NCBI GenBank assembly: GCA_964565725.1
Contig: CAZMGA010000003.1
Span: 1 to 32,000, forward strand
DNA: 32,000 nt
Direction of reading: 5' to 3'
DNA from: an uncultured archaeon
Lineage (GTDB): Archaea; Iainarchaeota; Iainarchaeia; Iainarchaeales; 0-14-0-20-30-16
Shown: positions 15,602 through 24,950 of the stretch, in pieces
Position numbering within the stretch: position 1 is the stretch's first letter
Layout of the letters: every line of letters starts with the position of its first letter
The notes under the pieces: model-generated
The model's input: the letters and a program-made list of their open reading frames with translations, nothing else
What the model was told of the DNA's origin: nothing
The model's database searches: none
Program-made: the position numbers and the translations under genes

Positions 15602-16771
15602 GTGCGTAGATTTATATTTTTATTATTATCTTTATTTGTTTTTTCAGGTATTTCCGCATTAGAATTCCCTGGTTTGATTTACAATTTTGATGAATTAGGC
15701 GTACCTTTAGAATTTAATCAGGGTCTTTGTTATAACTTTGTAGATTTAAATTATGATGCTATAAATGATTATGAGGGTATTTTAGGTTTAATTTTACATT
15801 TTAAAACAATATCAAAAGATAGTGCTATTTATTTTAAAGATGGAAATGAAATAATAACTTACAACAATATTTTTGGGTCTAATATTAGTACAAAATATTT
15901 TGTAGAGGATTCTCAAGAAAAATATTTATATGTAGATTTGGAATCAGTTAGGGATTTAGAATATTTGACAATGTGTAGTGTATCTCAAAATAAAATTTAC
16001 TTTTTAGGAGATTCACAAATAGGTAGTTATAAAATACCTTATTTTGGATCTAACTTTAAAAAAGAATTTGTGAATAAATCTTATAAATTAAATGAAAAAA
16101 CACCTGTTAAAATTACTCTGAAAAATACAGGTTATGATACTGCCAAAGTTTTTGTTTTTTATGATAATGAATTATTTAAGGATTGGTTTAAATTAAAAAA
16201 TGGAACTCCTTCTTTAAATGAAAATATTTTGCCAAATGTAGAGAGATCTATAACATATAATGTAGTACCATTAACTGATAAAATGTTTACTGTATCTCCT
16301 GCTGTTTTACATTATAATTATAATGGTTATAATTTTGAAATTTATTCTAATTCATTAATTTCAAATGCTCGTTTATATTTAGATGAAATATTTGTAGATT
16401 TATCAGTAAGCAAAGAAAGTTTTGATATTAATGAAGCAGGTTTAATAGATTTAGATATTATTAATGATAGTAATAATTCTAAAATGGTAAGAATGGAAAT
16501 TAAAGGATTATCTAATTTTGGGTTAAATGAATATCAAGATTTAAATTTAGGTCCTTTCGAAGAAAAGAGAATTCAATATACTATTACTAGTAATGAAAGC
16601 AAAATTGTTAATTTAGATGTTTATTTACATGCTAATGATTCAAATAAAGAATATGCTTATAAAACAATTTATTTTGGAAAAAATATTCAAAACTATAATA
16701 TAATTTATGTTATTTTTGCAATAGTATTAATTTTAGGAATTATAGTTTATTATAGATATGGATTAAAATAA
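15602..16771 (+). CDS. Surface protein with Ig-like (CARDB/TRAP-beta-like) domains, signal peptide and C-terminal TM anchor
   Basis: With GTG 15602 as start the N-terminus is MRRFIFLLLSLFVFSGISA|LEF. The track's GTG 15593 is itself the GTGAT SD-like motif. Beta-sandwich signatures KTPVKITLKNTGYDTAKVFVFYD..RSITYNVVPL. C-terminal IIYVIFAIVLILGIIVYYRYGLK. Confidence 0.55.
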   Translation: MRRFIFLLLSLFVFSGISALEFPGLIYNFDELGVPLEFNQGLCYNFVDLNYDAINDYEGILGLILHFKTISKDSAIYFKDGNEIITYNNIFGSNISTKYFVEDSQEKYLYVDLESVRDLEYLTMCSVSQNKIYFLGDSQIGSYKIPYFGSNFKKEFVNKSYKLNEKTPVKITLKNTGYDTAKVFVFYDNELFKDWFKLKNGTPSLNENILPNVERSITYNVVPLTDKMFTVSPAVLHYNYNGYNFEIYSNSLISNARLYLDEIFVDLSVSKESFDINEAGLIDLDIINDSNNSKMVRMEIKGLSNFGLNEYQDLNLGPFEEKRIQYTITSNESKIVNLDVYLHANDSNKEYAYKTIYFGKNIQNYNIIYVIFAIVLILGIIVYYRYGLK

Positions 16772-16775
16772 AAAA

Positions 16776-17444
16776 TTAAATTTTTTCACAAATTATTGCC
16801 TGTAATTTTTCATAATATTTACAATTTTTAAATCCAACTTGTTTTAATCGTTTTATAATTTCTAAATCAAATCTTCTATTTTTATTTTTGCCAATTGTGC
16901 CTATATAATGAAATAATTTGCCATTATTATTTAAAGTTCTATAAAATTCTTTATATAAATTTAAAGAATATAATTCTCCAGCTATACTAAATGTTGGGGG
17001 ATCATGCATTATTATATTTATTTCTTTATCTTTAAATTTTAATATTTGATTTAAACAACTATCTTTTATTATATTAATTTTTTTATTATTAAAAAAATCA
17101 TTACTATAAGGATTTAATTTACCCAATTCTAATATTTCCTTTCTTAATTCTGTAGAAATTACTTTTTTTGCAAATTTGGCTTCCTCTATTGCCAAATATC
17201 CTAAACCTGAACAAGTGTCATAAACTAAGTCTTGACTATTTATTTTAATTGTATTTAAAACTAATTTAGCATAATCTAAAGGAGTATCAAAGTCTTTTAT
17301 TAAGTGCATTCTTATACCATTTATTTCTAATATGGGTATTCCATTGTAAGGTTTTAATGTATAATAATTATCTGTAAACATTCCTAGTTTTTCTAATTTG
17401 TCTTTTTTTTTAATATAATATTTATTATCTTTTTCAATAAGCAT
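16776..17444 (-). CDS. SAM-dependent methyltransferase (predicted archaeal methyltransferase, COG2521-like)
   Basis: Motif I VYDTCSGLGYLAIE and motif IV IIMHDPPTFSIAGELYS, followed by GKLFHYIG, matching my recollection of the COG2521 family. Confidence 0.6.
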   Translation of the reverse strand: MLIEKDNKYYIKKKDKLEKLGMFTDNYYTLKPYNGIPILEINGIRMHLIKDFDTPLDYAKLVLNTIKINSQDLVYDTCSGLGYLAIEEAKFAKKVISTELRKEILELGKLNPYSNDFFNNKKINIIKDSCLNQILKFKDKEINIIMHDPPTFSIAGELYSLNLYKEFYRTLNNNGKLFHYIGTIGKNKNRRFDLEIIKRLKQVGFKNCKYYEKLQAIICEKI

Positions 17445-17491
17445 AAATATAAATAGAACTATTGTTTATTTAATATTATTTGAGTGAGATT

Positions 17492-18124
17492 ATGGTCAAT
17501 AAGTTAATTGTTTGGGATGAATTAAAGTCTGAAAAATATTTGGAAAAACACTTAAATGTGGTAAAATCTTATGTTTATTCTGTGGATGAATTTAATAAAT
17601 TAAATAAACTAAATCTTAACTATCCTTTATTTATAAAAATTATTTCGGATAATGCAATACACAAAGTAAAAGCAAAAGCTATAAATGAAATATTAAACGA
17701 ACAAAAATTTTTAAAGGAAAAAATAAATATTGTAAAAAGAGCAAAAGAGTTAAATGCAAAAAAAATAATTATTCAAGAAAAAATATACGGTAATGAATTA
17801 ATTATTGGTGTAAAAGAAGATTTAAAATTTGGTAAAATTTTGATGATAGGTATAGGTGGAAAACATGCAGAACAAATAAAAGATGTATCTATAAGAGCAT
17901 TACCTATTAAAAAACAAGATTTAACATTAATGATTTCTAATTTAAAAAGTAAAGTAATAACTTTAGATATAGATATTGATAACTTATGGTTATTTATATC
18001 AAAATTATTAAAATTTTTGAAAACAAAAGAAGGTAAAAATATAAAATTTATGGATTTAAATCCAGTTATTTTAGATTATAATTCTAAAAAGCCAATAATT
18101 GTTGATGCTAGAATATATGTCTAA
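17492..18124 (+). CDS. Stand-alone ATP-grasp domain protein related to the beta region of ADP-forming acetyl-CoA synthetase
   Basis: YPLFIKIISDNAIHKVKAKAI, NELIIGVKEDLKFGKILMIGIGGKHAEQIKDVSIRALP and MDLNPVIL...IVDARI are collinear with ATP-grasp_5-type domains. Start set to ATG 17492, preceded by GTGAG-ATT. Confidence 0.55.
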   Translation: MVNKLIVWDELKSEKYLEKHLNVVKSYVYSVDEFNKLNKLNLNYPLFIKIISDNAIHKVKAKAINEILNEQKFLKEKINIVKRAKELNAKKIIIQEKIYGNELIIGVKEDLKFGKILMIGIGGKHAEQIKDVSIRALPIKKQDLTLMISNLKSKVITLDIDIDNLWLFISKLLKFLKTKEGKNIKFMDLNPVILDYNSKKPIIVDARIYV

Positions 18125-19020
18125 TAATCGATATTAGGAAAAACTCGCACTATATTTTCCTTATCTATGTATATTGTTTTTTCATGTTGTGAAATTAAAG
18201 CTTTAGGATCTCTTTCAATTAATACTGGATAATCTGTTAATATTTTTGCATTTAATAAATTTTGAATTGCCATTCTTTTTTTTAAAGGCAAAACGTTTTT
18301 TCCAAACCACCTTTCTGAAAAAGGTAAACCATTAAAATTTTTGATTTCTGGAATTATACTTACATCTCTATGATTGCCTTCATTATAATTATAAATACTA
18401 CAAAAATTGCCTTCTTTTATTAATCCTGTACCGTTTGTTGCAAAAGGCTCTATTGCAAATATTCCTGTACCTATTTTATTTTTATTATCTGTTTTATAAT
18501 TATAAAATGATTTTCCTGAATGTAAATCATATTGGTTCATACTGTGCCCTGTTAAATTATATATTGGTTTAAAACCAAATTTTTTAATTTCGTTTTCTAT
18601 TATTTCACCTAAAATATCAAATTTAGAATTTTCTTTTTCTTCTTTTATATATTTTATTGCAGATTCTAAGGCTATTTTAGATGCGTTTTTCAATTCCAAA
18701 TTTTTATTACTTAAATCAATAGTGTACGCGGCATCTACTATATACCCATTGCTATGACATCCAAAATCAATTTTTACAATTTCATCGTTATATATTCTTG
18801 TATCATTACTAGTAGGAGAGTAATGTGCTGCTTCGTTGTTAAAAGAAATATTTACTGGAAATGCAACTTCACATTTTTTTTTAATTTCTTCTTCTATTTT
18901 ATTAGCTGTATCTAAAATTAGATTTCCTTTTTTAATAGTTTCATCTGCAATTTTTTTTCCAGACAACCATGCTTTTTCTGCTTTTTCTAAATATTGTAAT
19001 ATTTCATCCATATTTATCAT
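18121..19020 (-). CDS. map: Methionine aminopeptidase, type 2 (archaeal)
   Basis: FPVNISFNNEAAHYSP, KIDFGCHSNGYIVDAAYT, LTGHSMNQYDLHSGKS and FAIEPFATNGTG match the metal-ligand segments of archaeal MetAP2. Confidence 0.88.
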   Translation of the reverse strand: MINMDEILQYLEKAEKAWLSGKKIADETIKKGNLILDTANKIEEEIKKKCEVAFPVNISFNNEAAHYSPTSNDTRIYNDEIVKIDFGCHSNGYIVDAAYTIDLSNKNLELKNASKIALESAIKYIKEEKENSKFDILGEIIENEIKKFGFKPIYNLTGHSMNQYDLHSGKSFYNYKTDNKNKIGTGIFAIEPFATNGTGLIKEGNFCSIYNYNEGNHRDVSIIPEIKNFNGLPFSERWFGKNVLPLKKRMAIQNLLNAKILTDYPVLIERDPKALISQHEKTIYIDKENIVRVFPNIDY

Positions 19021-19023
19021 TTA

Positions 19024-21417
19024 TTAAAATAATTTTTTTTGTGTAGGTTTATTCATTAATTGGTCTTCAGATATATTAAATACAATGAATATATTTTTAA
19101 CTGCTGGTATTATTTGGTTTTGAATATAATATTCTGAATCATAGTCTCCTTGTTTAACATATTCTACTAATTCAGATTTATCAGATATGGTTTTTCCATT
19201 ATTTGTTATAATATATCCTACAATAAATTCATTTATTTCTTTGCCTTTTGCAATAGCTTTTTTAACTGCTGAAACTGCTGGGCCAATAGAACTATATGTA
19301 TCTAAATCTTTTCTTATTTGGGTATAAATTATAAATTGATCATTTGAAATTTTATGTTCAAAAGTATCTTTAATTATTTTTTGAACATATTTTTTTGCAT
19401 CTTCAATTGCATTATCCTTTAATATTAATTCTAATACTTTTTTTTGTGTGTTTTTTGCAAGTAAAGACCAATCATGTCTTACATATTCAAAACCCACAAT
19501 TTTCATATTGTTATTTTCATCAATTAGGGCATATTTTTTTTTAGCTGGGTCGTCAGAAGATTTTTTTTGAATAAATAAACCTTGTGAATAAAATCCATCT
19601 AAAGATAATTCCATTATTCCTGGTAATTGAGTATTAATATGTTCTAAAAAATCAAAAATTTCTTTTTTATCTTTAGTATACTGTAAAAAACAAGAATCTG
19701 TATCCCCGTAAATTACTTTTAAACCTTTTTTTTCAGCTTCTTTAATTACTTCCAAAGTATGTACTCTGCTTGTTGATGCTACGCTTTGACCACAATCAAA
19801 ATTGTACCATCTAGCTCTAGGATAACCCATATATCCATAAGTACTGTTTAATATTGTTTTAAAAGACCATTGATGAGCAAATAATGTTTTGTATTCTAAA
19901 GAATCTTTAGGATAATTTTTCATATCGTGTTTTGCTTTTATTCTTTGATTAAAAACTTGATTTAACATTTTTGGCAATGTAGCCTCAATATCTTTTGAAA
20001 ATATATTTTTATTGTCATCAATAAATATATTTTTTGTTTTTTCATTAATTGTTTCTGGACTAATATTATATGTTATTATAACACTAGGATATAATGATTG
20101 AAAATCTAAAACAGCTATATTTTTATGTAATCCTAAAATTGGTTCTTTAACATATGCTCCTAAAAATCTTTTTTCATTTCTAACATCTATAATATTTCCT
20201 GATGGCATTGAAGGAATTATTTTTTTTTCTTGAATTGCTTTATGCATAAGTAATGATTCAACTATAGCACTGGAACTTGTTCGGGTTATTTCTTGTAAAG
20301 GTTTTCCAGTTAGTTGGGTTAATGCTATAAATTGATCTAAAAAATTCTCTCCTATTTCATAACATGCTATAGAATCTACTAAATTATATTCTACAAATTT
20401 TTCATATAATTTAATATTTTTATAATATTTTTCCATTTCATTATAAGGTAAATCTATTTTGTGTTTTCCAAATAAGTAATTGTATACCGAATCTAAATTT
20501 AATTTAAATAAATCTAAGGATCCTTTCATAGATAAGCTTTTAACAACTTTATATACATCAATATGTTGATAATTTTTTAAATTAAATTCTAAATTGTTGC
20601 CTCTAGATATAACCGGATTAAAAGTATTATTAAATTCAGATTCTAAATCATTTTTCTTACATCTTTCTTTAATAAATGGAAAATCATAAACATCTCCATT
20701 ATAACTATAAATTAAATCAGGATCAAATTTTTTTATTGTTTGTAAAAATTCTAATAATAACTCTTTTTCACTTTGAACTTGCGTATAATATTCTAAATCA
20801 CTTTTTAATGAGTTATAACCTATAACCTTTTTTAGTTCTGGATTTTTGCTGTAAAGTGAAATTAAAACTATTGCTTCTTTTTTTGGGTCTATACTTTTGC
20901 CTAAAGTTTCAATATCAAAAGCTATTTTTTTTAAATCTAGTCCAAAACTATTTAATTCTTGAAATTGAAAATCTTCAGAAATATTATAATATTTTAAACA
21001 ATATATATTTTTATCAATAATATAACGAAAGTCAAAAGGAATATCATATTCAAATTTACCAATATAAAATAATTCTTCTTTTATTCTATTTCTCGCATCT
21101 AACAAATGAGATATTTTTTCAAAATATATTTTGTATATTTTAATTTTTTTTAATTCTTCAATGTTTAATGCTTTTTCCTTAAAATGTGCAAATTTGCTTA
21201 TTTGTAATAAATCTTTATTTACTTTTTCTAAATTAATTATTTTATAATTTTCTAAATCATTTATTTTTAAATCTATATTTGACAATAAGTAAAAATAAGG
21301 TTTAAAAGAGTGATCTTCTAAAACTTTTTTACCATCTTTAGTTTTAACACATAATTTAATATAAGATTCTTCTTCATTGTTTACACTATAAACATATAAC
21401 AATAATCCTTTTATCAT
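19024..21417 (-). CDS. polB: Family-B DNA polymerase
   Basis: Exo I FDIET, Exo II YNGDVYDFPF, Pol A DFQSLYPS, Pol B KTILNSTYGY, Pol C YGDTDS; no intein. Start moved from 21456 to ATG 21417 (MIKGLLLYVYS). This start is preceded by GTGAG-AAT and begins 4 nt after the upstream stop. Confidence 0.93.
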   Translation of the reverse strand: MIKGLLLYVYSVNNEEESYIKLCVKTKDGKKVLEDHSFKPYFYLLSNIDLKINDLENYKIINLEKVNKDLLQISKFAHFKEKALNIEELKKIKIYKIYFEKISHLLDARNRIKEELFYIGKFEYDIPFDFRYIIDKNIYCLKYYNISEDFQFQELNSFGLDLKKIAFDIETLGKSIDPKKEAIVLISLYSKNPELKKVIGYNSLKSDLEYYTQVQSEKELLLEFLQTIKKFDPDLIYSYNGDVYDFPFIKERCKKNDLESEFNNTFNPVISRGNNLEFNLKNYQHIDVYKVVKSLSMKGSLDLFKLNLDSVYNYLFGKHKIDLPYNEMEKYYKNIKLYEKFVEYNLVDSIACYEIGENFLDQFIALTQLTGKPLQEITRTSSSAIVESLLMHKAIQEKKIIPSMPSGNIIDVRNEKRFLGAYVKEPILGLHKNIAVLDFQSLYPSVIITYNISPETINEKTKNIFIDDNKNIFSKDIEATLPKMLNQVFNQRIKAKHDMKNYPKDSLEYKTLFAHQWSFKTILNSTYGYMGYPRARWYNFDCGQSVASTSRVHTLEVIKEAEKKGLKVIYGDTDSCFLQYTKDKKEIFDFLEHINTQLPGIMELSLDGFYSQGLFIQKKSSDDPAKKKYALIDENNNMKIVGFEYVRHDWSLLAKNTQKKVLELILKDNAIEDAKKYVQKIIKDTFEHKISNDQFIIYTQIRKDLDTYSSIGPAVSAVKKAIAKGKEINEFIVGYIITNNGKTISDKSELVEYVKQGDYDSEYYIQNQIIPAVKNIFIVFNISEDQLMNKPTQKKLF

Positions 21418-21421
21418 ATTC

Positions 21422-21892
21422 TCACTTATTATCATAATTCCAAATATTGTCCCCAATATAGTGTAAAGTTTTTATTGTTTTCCCCTTTTTTAAGGATTTC
21501 ATAGTGTTTGAATCAAACAAAGTTATCCCTAAAGCTAAATTTTTTTTATGGGTTTCATCTTTAATTAAAATTAATTCATTTTCTTTAAAATCAGAAATAT
21601 ATTTAATTCCTGGAGCCATAATATCTGCTCCTTTTGTAACAAAAGATATTGCTCCAGTATCTATTAATATGTATGGTAAATTCAAATTTGTATTTATTAT
21701 TAGTTTAAGATTAGGTACAAAAAAATCATTATATAAACAACCAATTATTTCTTTATTTAGTCTAATTAAATCGAGACTTTTTTCATTTTCAATAATTTCT
21801 AAGTTTTTACTTAAGTCTAGATTTAAATTATATTTTGAAATTTTATCTATAATTTCCTTGCTTTCTTTTTTATTTAATTGTTTAATTTTCAT
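21422..21892 (-). CDS. PUA-domain RNA-binding protein (COG2016 / MCTS1-Tma20-like)
   Basis: C-terminal PUA signature IDTGAISFVTKGADIMAPGI..ELILIKDETHKKNLALGITLF..KGKTIKTLHYIGDNIW. Confidence 0.7.
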   Translation of the reverse strand: MKIKQLNKKESKEIIDKISKYNLNLDLSKNLEIIENEKSLDLIRLNKEIIGCLYNDFFVPNLKLIINTNLNLPYILIDTGAISFVTKGADIMAPGIKYISDFKENELILIKDETHKKNLALGITLFDSNTMKSLKKGKTIKTLHYIGDNIWNYDNK

Positions 21893-21999
21893 AATAAAAT
21901 ATAGTCTAAAAGTATATAAATGGACTATATCTTAAGTTTATATTTAAAAGGAGATACTATTATATAATATATATTATAAAATATATATATAGGGATGAT

Positions 22000-22467
22000 A
22001 TGGTAACTAAAAAGAAAGTAAATGATGTTGAAAAAAATATTGAAAAAGTAGAAGATTTGTCTTTAGATTATGATTTTTTATTAAATAGAGCTAAAGAACA
22101 ATTAGATAAAATTAATGTTGTTCAAGAAAGATTTACAATACCTGAAATTGATAGCCAAATACAAGGTAAAAAAACATTATTAAGAAATGCTGGTTTAATT
22201 TCTAAAGAAATAAAAAGAGATATCCAACATATTTTAAAATATTTTGTTAAAGAAACTGGTTTACCAGCTACAACAGATAATTCAAAAATAATTTTAAATG
22301 GTGTTGTTAATACTTTTAAGGTTTCTCAAATATACAAAAAATATATTTCTGAATTTTTAATATGTAAACAATGTGGTAAACCAGAAACAAGAATAATTTC
22401 TGAAAAAGGAATTGTTGTAATGAAATGTGATGCGTGTGGAGCTATAACTCCAATAAGAAAAATTTGA
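22000..22467 (+). CDS. eif2b: Translation initiation factor aIF2 beta subunit
   Basis: 155 aa. Central eIF2beta/eIF5 fold segments and a C-terminal C4 zinc ribbon [27 protein letters not shown] upstream. Confidence 0.85.
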   Translation: MVTKKKVNDVEKNIEKVEDLSLDYDFLLNRAKEQLDKINVVQERFTIPEIDSQIQGKKTLLRNAGLISKEIKRDIQHILKYFVKETGLPATTDNSKIILNGVVNTFKVSQIYKKYISEFLICKQCGKPETRIISEKGIVVMKCDACGAITPIRKI

Positions 22468-22468
22468 G

Positions 22469-22786
22469 GTGGTATATATTTATAAAAGAACTGATTCACA
22501 AGAATTCAAGTTAAGATTGCCTAATAGAGCAGAAGGAGAAGAATTTGCATTAGTAACTATATTAACTGGTGCAGAATACATAAAAGTTTTATGTGAAGAT
22601 GGAACTGAAAAAGCAGCAAGAATTACAGGAAAGTTGAGATATAAAGTTTTTATTAAAGAAAACGATATAATAATAGTTAGAAAAAGAGAATATGATGAAG
22701 GCAAAGTAGATGTTATTTGGAGATATTTACCTTTACAAGTTGCAAAATTAAAAAATATGGGTCAATTAGATAAATTTCCTATTTAG
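22469..22786 (+). CDS. eif1a: Translation initiation factor aIF1A
   Basis: S1/OB pattern RLPNRAEGEEFALVTILTGAEYIKVLCEDGTEKAARITGKLRYKVFIKENDIIIV. No in-frame ATG at the 5' end, so the start codon is uncertain (GTG 22469 or ATT 22478). Confidence 0.8.
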   Translation: MVYIYKRTDSQEFKLRLPNRAEGEEFALVTILTGAEYIKVLCEDGTEKAARITGKLRYKVFIKENDIIIVRKREYDEGKVDVIWRYLPLQVAKLKNMGQLDKFPI

Positions 22787-22793
22787 TGATATT

Positions 22794-24554
22794 ATGAAAA
22801 GATTTATTTCTAATTTAATTTTTTTGGCATTAGATTCAAAAATAGATAAATCTTTAATTGATAAAACTACTATGGAATCTAGATTAAAAGAATTTGATTT
22901 TGCATCATCTATTTTAATAGTAAATAAAAATATAGACAAAGATAAATTTATTACTAATTTAAAAGAATACGATTTATTTGAAAAAGTAGAAATTATAAAC
23001 AATTTTGTAAACATTTCTTTAAATAAAATTTATTTTTTAAATAATTCTTTTGAAGTTGTTAAAGAAGATAAAAAAATAATGATTGAGTTTTCATCCCCCA
23101 ATTCTAATAAACCTTTACATTTAGGACATATAAGAAATACTCTGTTGGGTAATTCTTTATCTAATTTATTGGCAAAAAAATATAATATAATAAAAGCAAA
23201 TTTAGTTAATGATAGAGGAATACATATTTGTAAATCTATGATTGGTTATTTAAAATTATCACAATTTAAAACTCCTGAAGAAGCAAAAATGAAATCTGAT
23301 TTCTTTGTAGGATATTGTTATGTTTTGTTTGCTCAAAAAGAAAAAGATGATCCTTCTTTAATTAAAGATGCTGAGGATATGTTAAAAAAATGGGAATCAG
23401 GGGATAAAGAAATTTTAAATTTATGGCATAAATTAAGAAATTGGTCTTTAGAAGGAATGAAAGAAACATATTCTAAATTAGGGGTTAATTTTGATGTTTG
23501 GTTTTATGAATCTGATATTTATAATAAAGGTAAAGAAATTATTTTAGATGCTTATAAAAATGGAAAAGTTAAATTAGAAGATTTGGGTTATGTTGTAAGG
23601 TTTGGAGATAAAGCTGAGGGTTATAAAGTAGTATTACGAAAAGATGAAACATCTATTTATATTACCCAAGATATTTATTTGGCTAAATTAAAGTTTGATG
23701 AATATAATTTAGATAAAAGTATATATGTAGTAGGTTCAGAACAAAAAGATTATTTTAGTAAATTAAAAAAAGTTTTAATAGAATTAGGTTATGAAAGATA
23801 TTCTAATGATTTGGAACATTATTGTTATGGTATGATTTATTTACCAGATGGTAAAATGAAAAGTCGTGAAGGTAATGTAGTTGATGCTGATAATTTAATT
23901 GACGATTTAAGAACAAAAGCAAAAACTATTTTATTAGAAAAAAATAAAGATTCTAATTTAAGCATAGAGGATGAAAGTAAAATTATTGCCGATGCTGCAT
24001 TAAAATATTTTATTTTAAAGTATGATTCAAAAAAAGACTTTACTTTTGATGTTCATTCTTCATTATCTTTTGAAGGTAATTCTGGGCCTTATTTATTATA
24101 TACATATGCGAGAATTAATTCTTTATTAAATAATATAAAGTCCTATTTAGAATCTGCAAAACAAAGAGATCCTAATTTATTTGATAAAAAAAATAATATT
24201 AAAAGTGATGATTTATTTGTATTAAATGAATTTGAAGAGTTTGTAATTAATCCTAATTCTGTTATTAAATATATTCCATCTGATTTGGAAAAGGAATTAT
24301 CTGCAATAATGATTAAATATAATGATAAGTTAGATGAAGCTATTGAAAAAAAAGAAGTTCATTTAATTTTAACATATATTACTGATTTAGCAAATAATTT
24401 TAATAGCTTATATGCTAATTTAAAAATTATAGATGAATCTAACAATAATTTATTAAATGATTTAGAAGTAAGATATCCTTTTTATAATAAATTAAAATTA
24501 ATTTTTGAAGACATTTTTAATATATTAGGTATAACTAAATTAGATAAAATGTAA
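22794..24554 (+). CDS. argS: Arginyl-tRNA synthetase
   Basis: SSPNSNKPLHLGHIRNTLLGN (HIGH), the DGKMKSREGN segment, and a C-terminal DALR-type anticodon-binding region. GTGAT-ATT-ATG upstream. Confidence 0.9.
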   Translation: MKRFISNLIFLALDSKIDKSLIDKTTMESRLKEFDFASSILIVNKNIDKDKFITNLKEYDLFEKVEIINNFVNISLNKIYFLNNSFEVVKEDKKIMIEFSSPNSNKPLHLGHIRNTLLGNSLSNLLAKKYNIIKANLVNDRGIHICKSMIGYLKLSQFKTPEEAKMKSDFFVGYCYVLFAQKEKDDPSLIKDAEDMLKKWESGDKEILNLWHKLRNWSLEGMKETYSKLGVNFDVWFYESDIYNKGKEIILDAYKNGKVKLEDLGYVVRFGDKAEGYKVVLRKDETSIYITQDIYLAKLKFDEYNLDKSIYVVGSEQKDYFSKLKKVLIELGYERYSNDLEHYCYGMIYLPDGKMKSREGNVVDADNLIDDLRTKAKTILLEKNKDSNLSIEDESKIIADAALKYFILKYDSKKDFTFDVHSSLSFEGNSGPYLLYTYARINSLLNNIKSYLESAKQRDPNLFDKKNNIKSDDLFVLNEFEEFVINPNSVIKYIPSDLEKELSAIMIKYNDKLDEAIEKKEVHLILTYITDLANNFNSLYANLKIIDESNNNLLNDLEVRYPFYNKLKLIFEDIFNILGITKLDKM

Positions 24555-24911
24555 TCATAATTTAATAAATAAATTTAATATACTTAATAACAATAAAATT
24601 ATACTCAAAACAATTCCAAATTTGGATATTTTATTATTTGCTTTTTTTATTTGCAATACACTTAAAATTATACTTAATATTCCAAAACTTATGATCAAAT
24701 ATTTGTTAAAAGTAATTTGAGTTATTTTACTTAATATGTCCATTATAATATAAGCTATAAAAACTAAAGGAATTATAACTCCTATTATGCCAAAATTGTT
24801 AGTTATTGGTTTCTCATTTCTATAGGAATATATTTTTTCATAATTAGGTAATTCAGGTGTTTTTAATCTATCTTCTATTTCTTTTATTGGATTTTTATCA
24901 TTAAACATCAA
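24555..24911 (-). CDS. Small membrane protein (three predicted TM spans), function unknown
   Basis: 118 aa with a soluble N-terminus then three hydrophobic stretches. It abuts the argS stop with zero spacer. No recognisable motif. Confidence 0.4.
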   Translation of the reverse strand: MMFNDKNPIKEIEDRLKTPELPNYEKIYSYRNEKPITNNFGIIGVIIPLVFIAYIIMDILSKITQITFNKYLIISFGILSIILSVLQIKKANNKISKFGIVLSIILLLLSILNLFIKL

Positions 24912-24950
24912 ATCACAAATATACTATTATATAAAAGTTTATATATCTTT

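Noticed and set aside
67-16771. Type IV pilin-like (class III) signal peptides, or PGF-CTERM/archaeosortase signals, in the surface proteins near the prepilin peptidase
   Set aside because: The N-termini look like ordinary Sec signals with A-x-A-like sites after the hydrophobic core (e.g. NNIYA|GN, SFA|ED, GISA|LE). They do not look like a short basic leader with G/A followed by a hydrophobic helix. No PGF/PEF motif precedes the C-terminal TM helices.
21901-21928. Inverted repeat ATAGTC..(16 nt)..GACTAT in the PUA / aIF2-beta divergent promoter region as a regulatory hairpin
   Set aside because: It has only a 6-bp stem with a large loop. This is expected by chance and has no supporting second copy.
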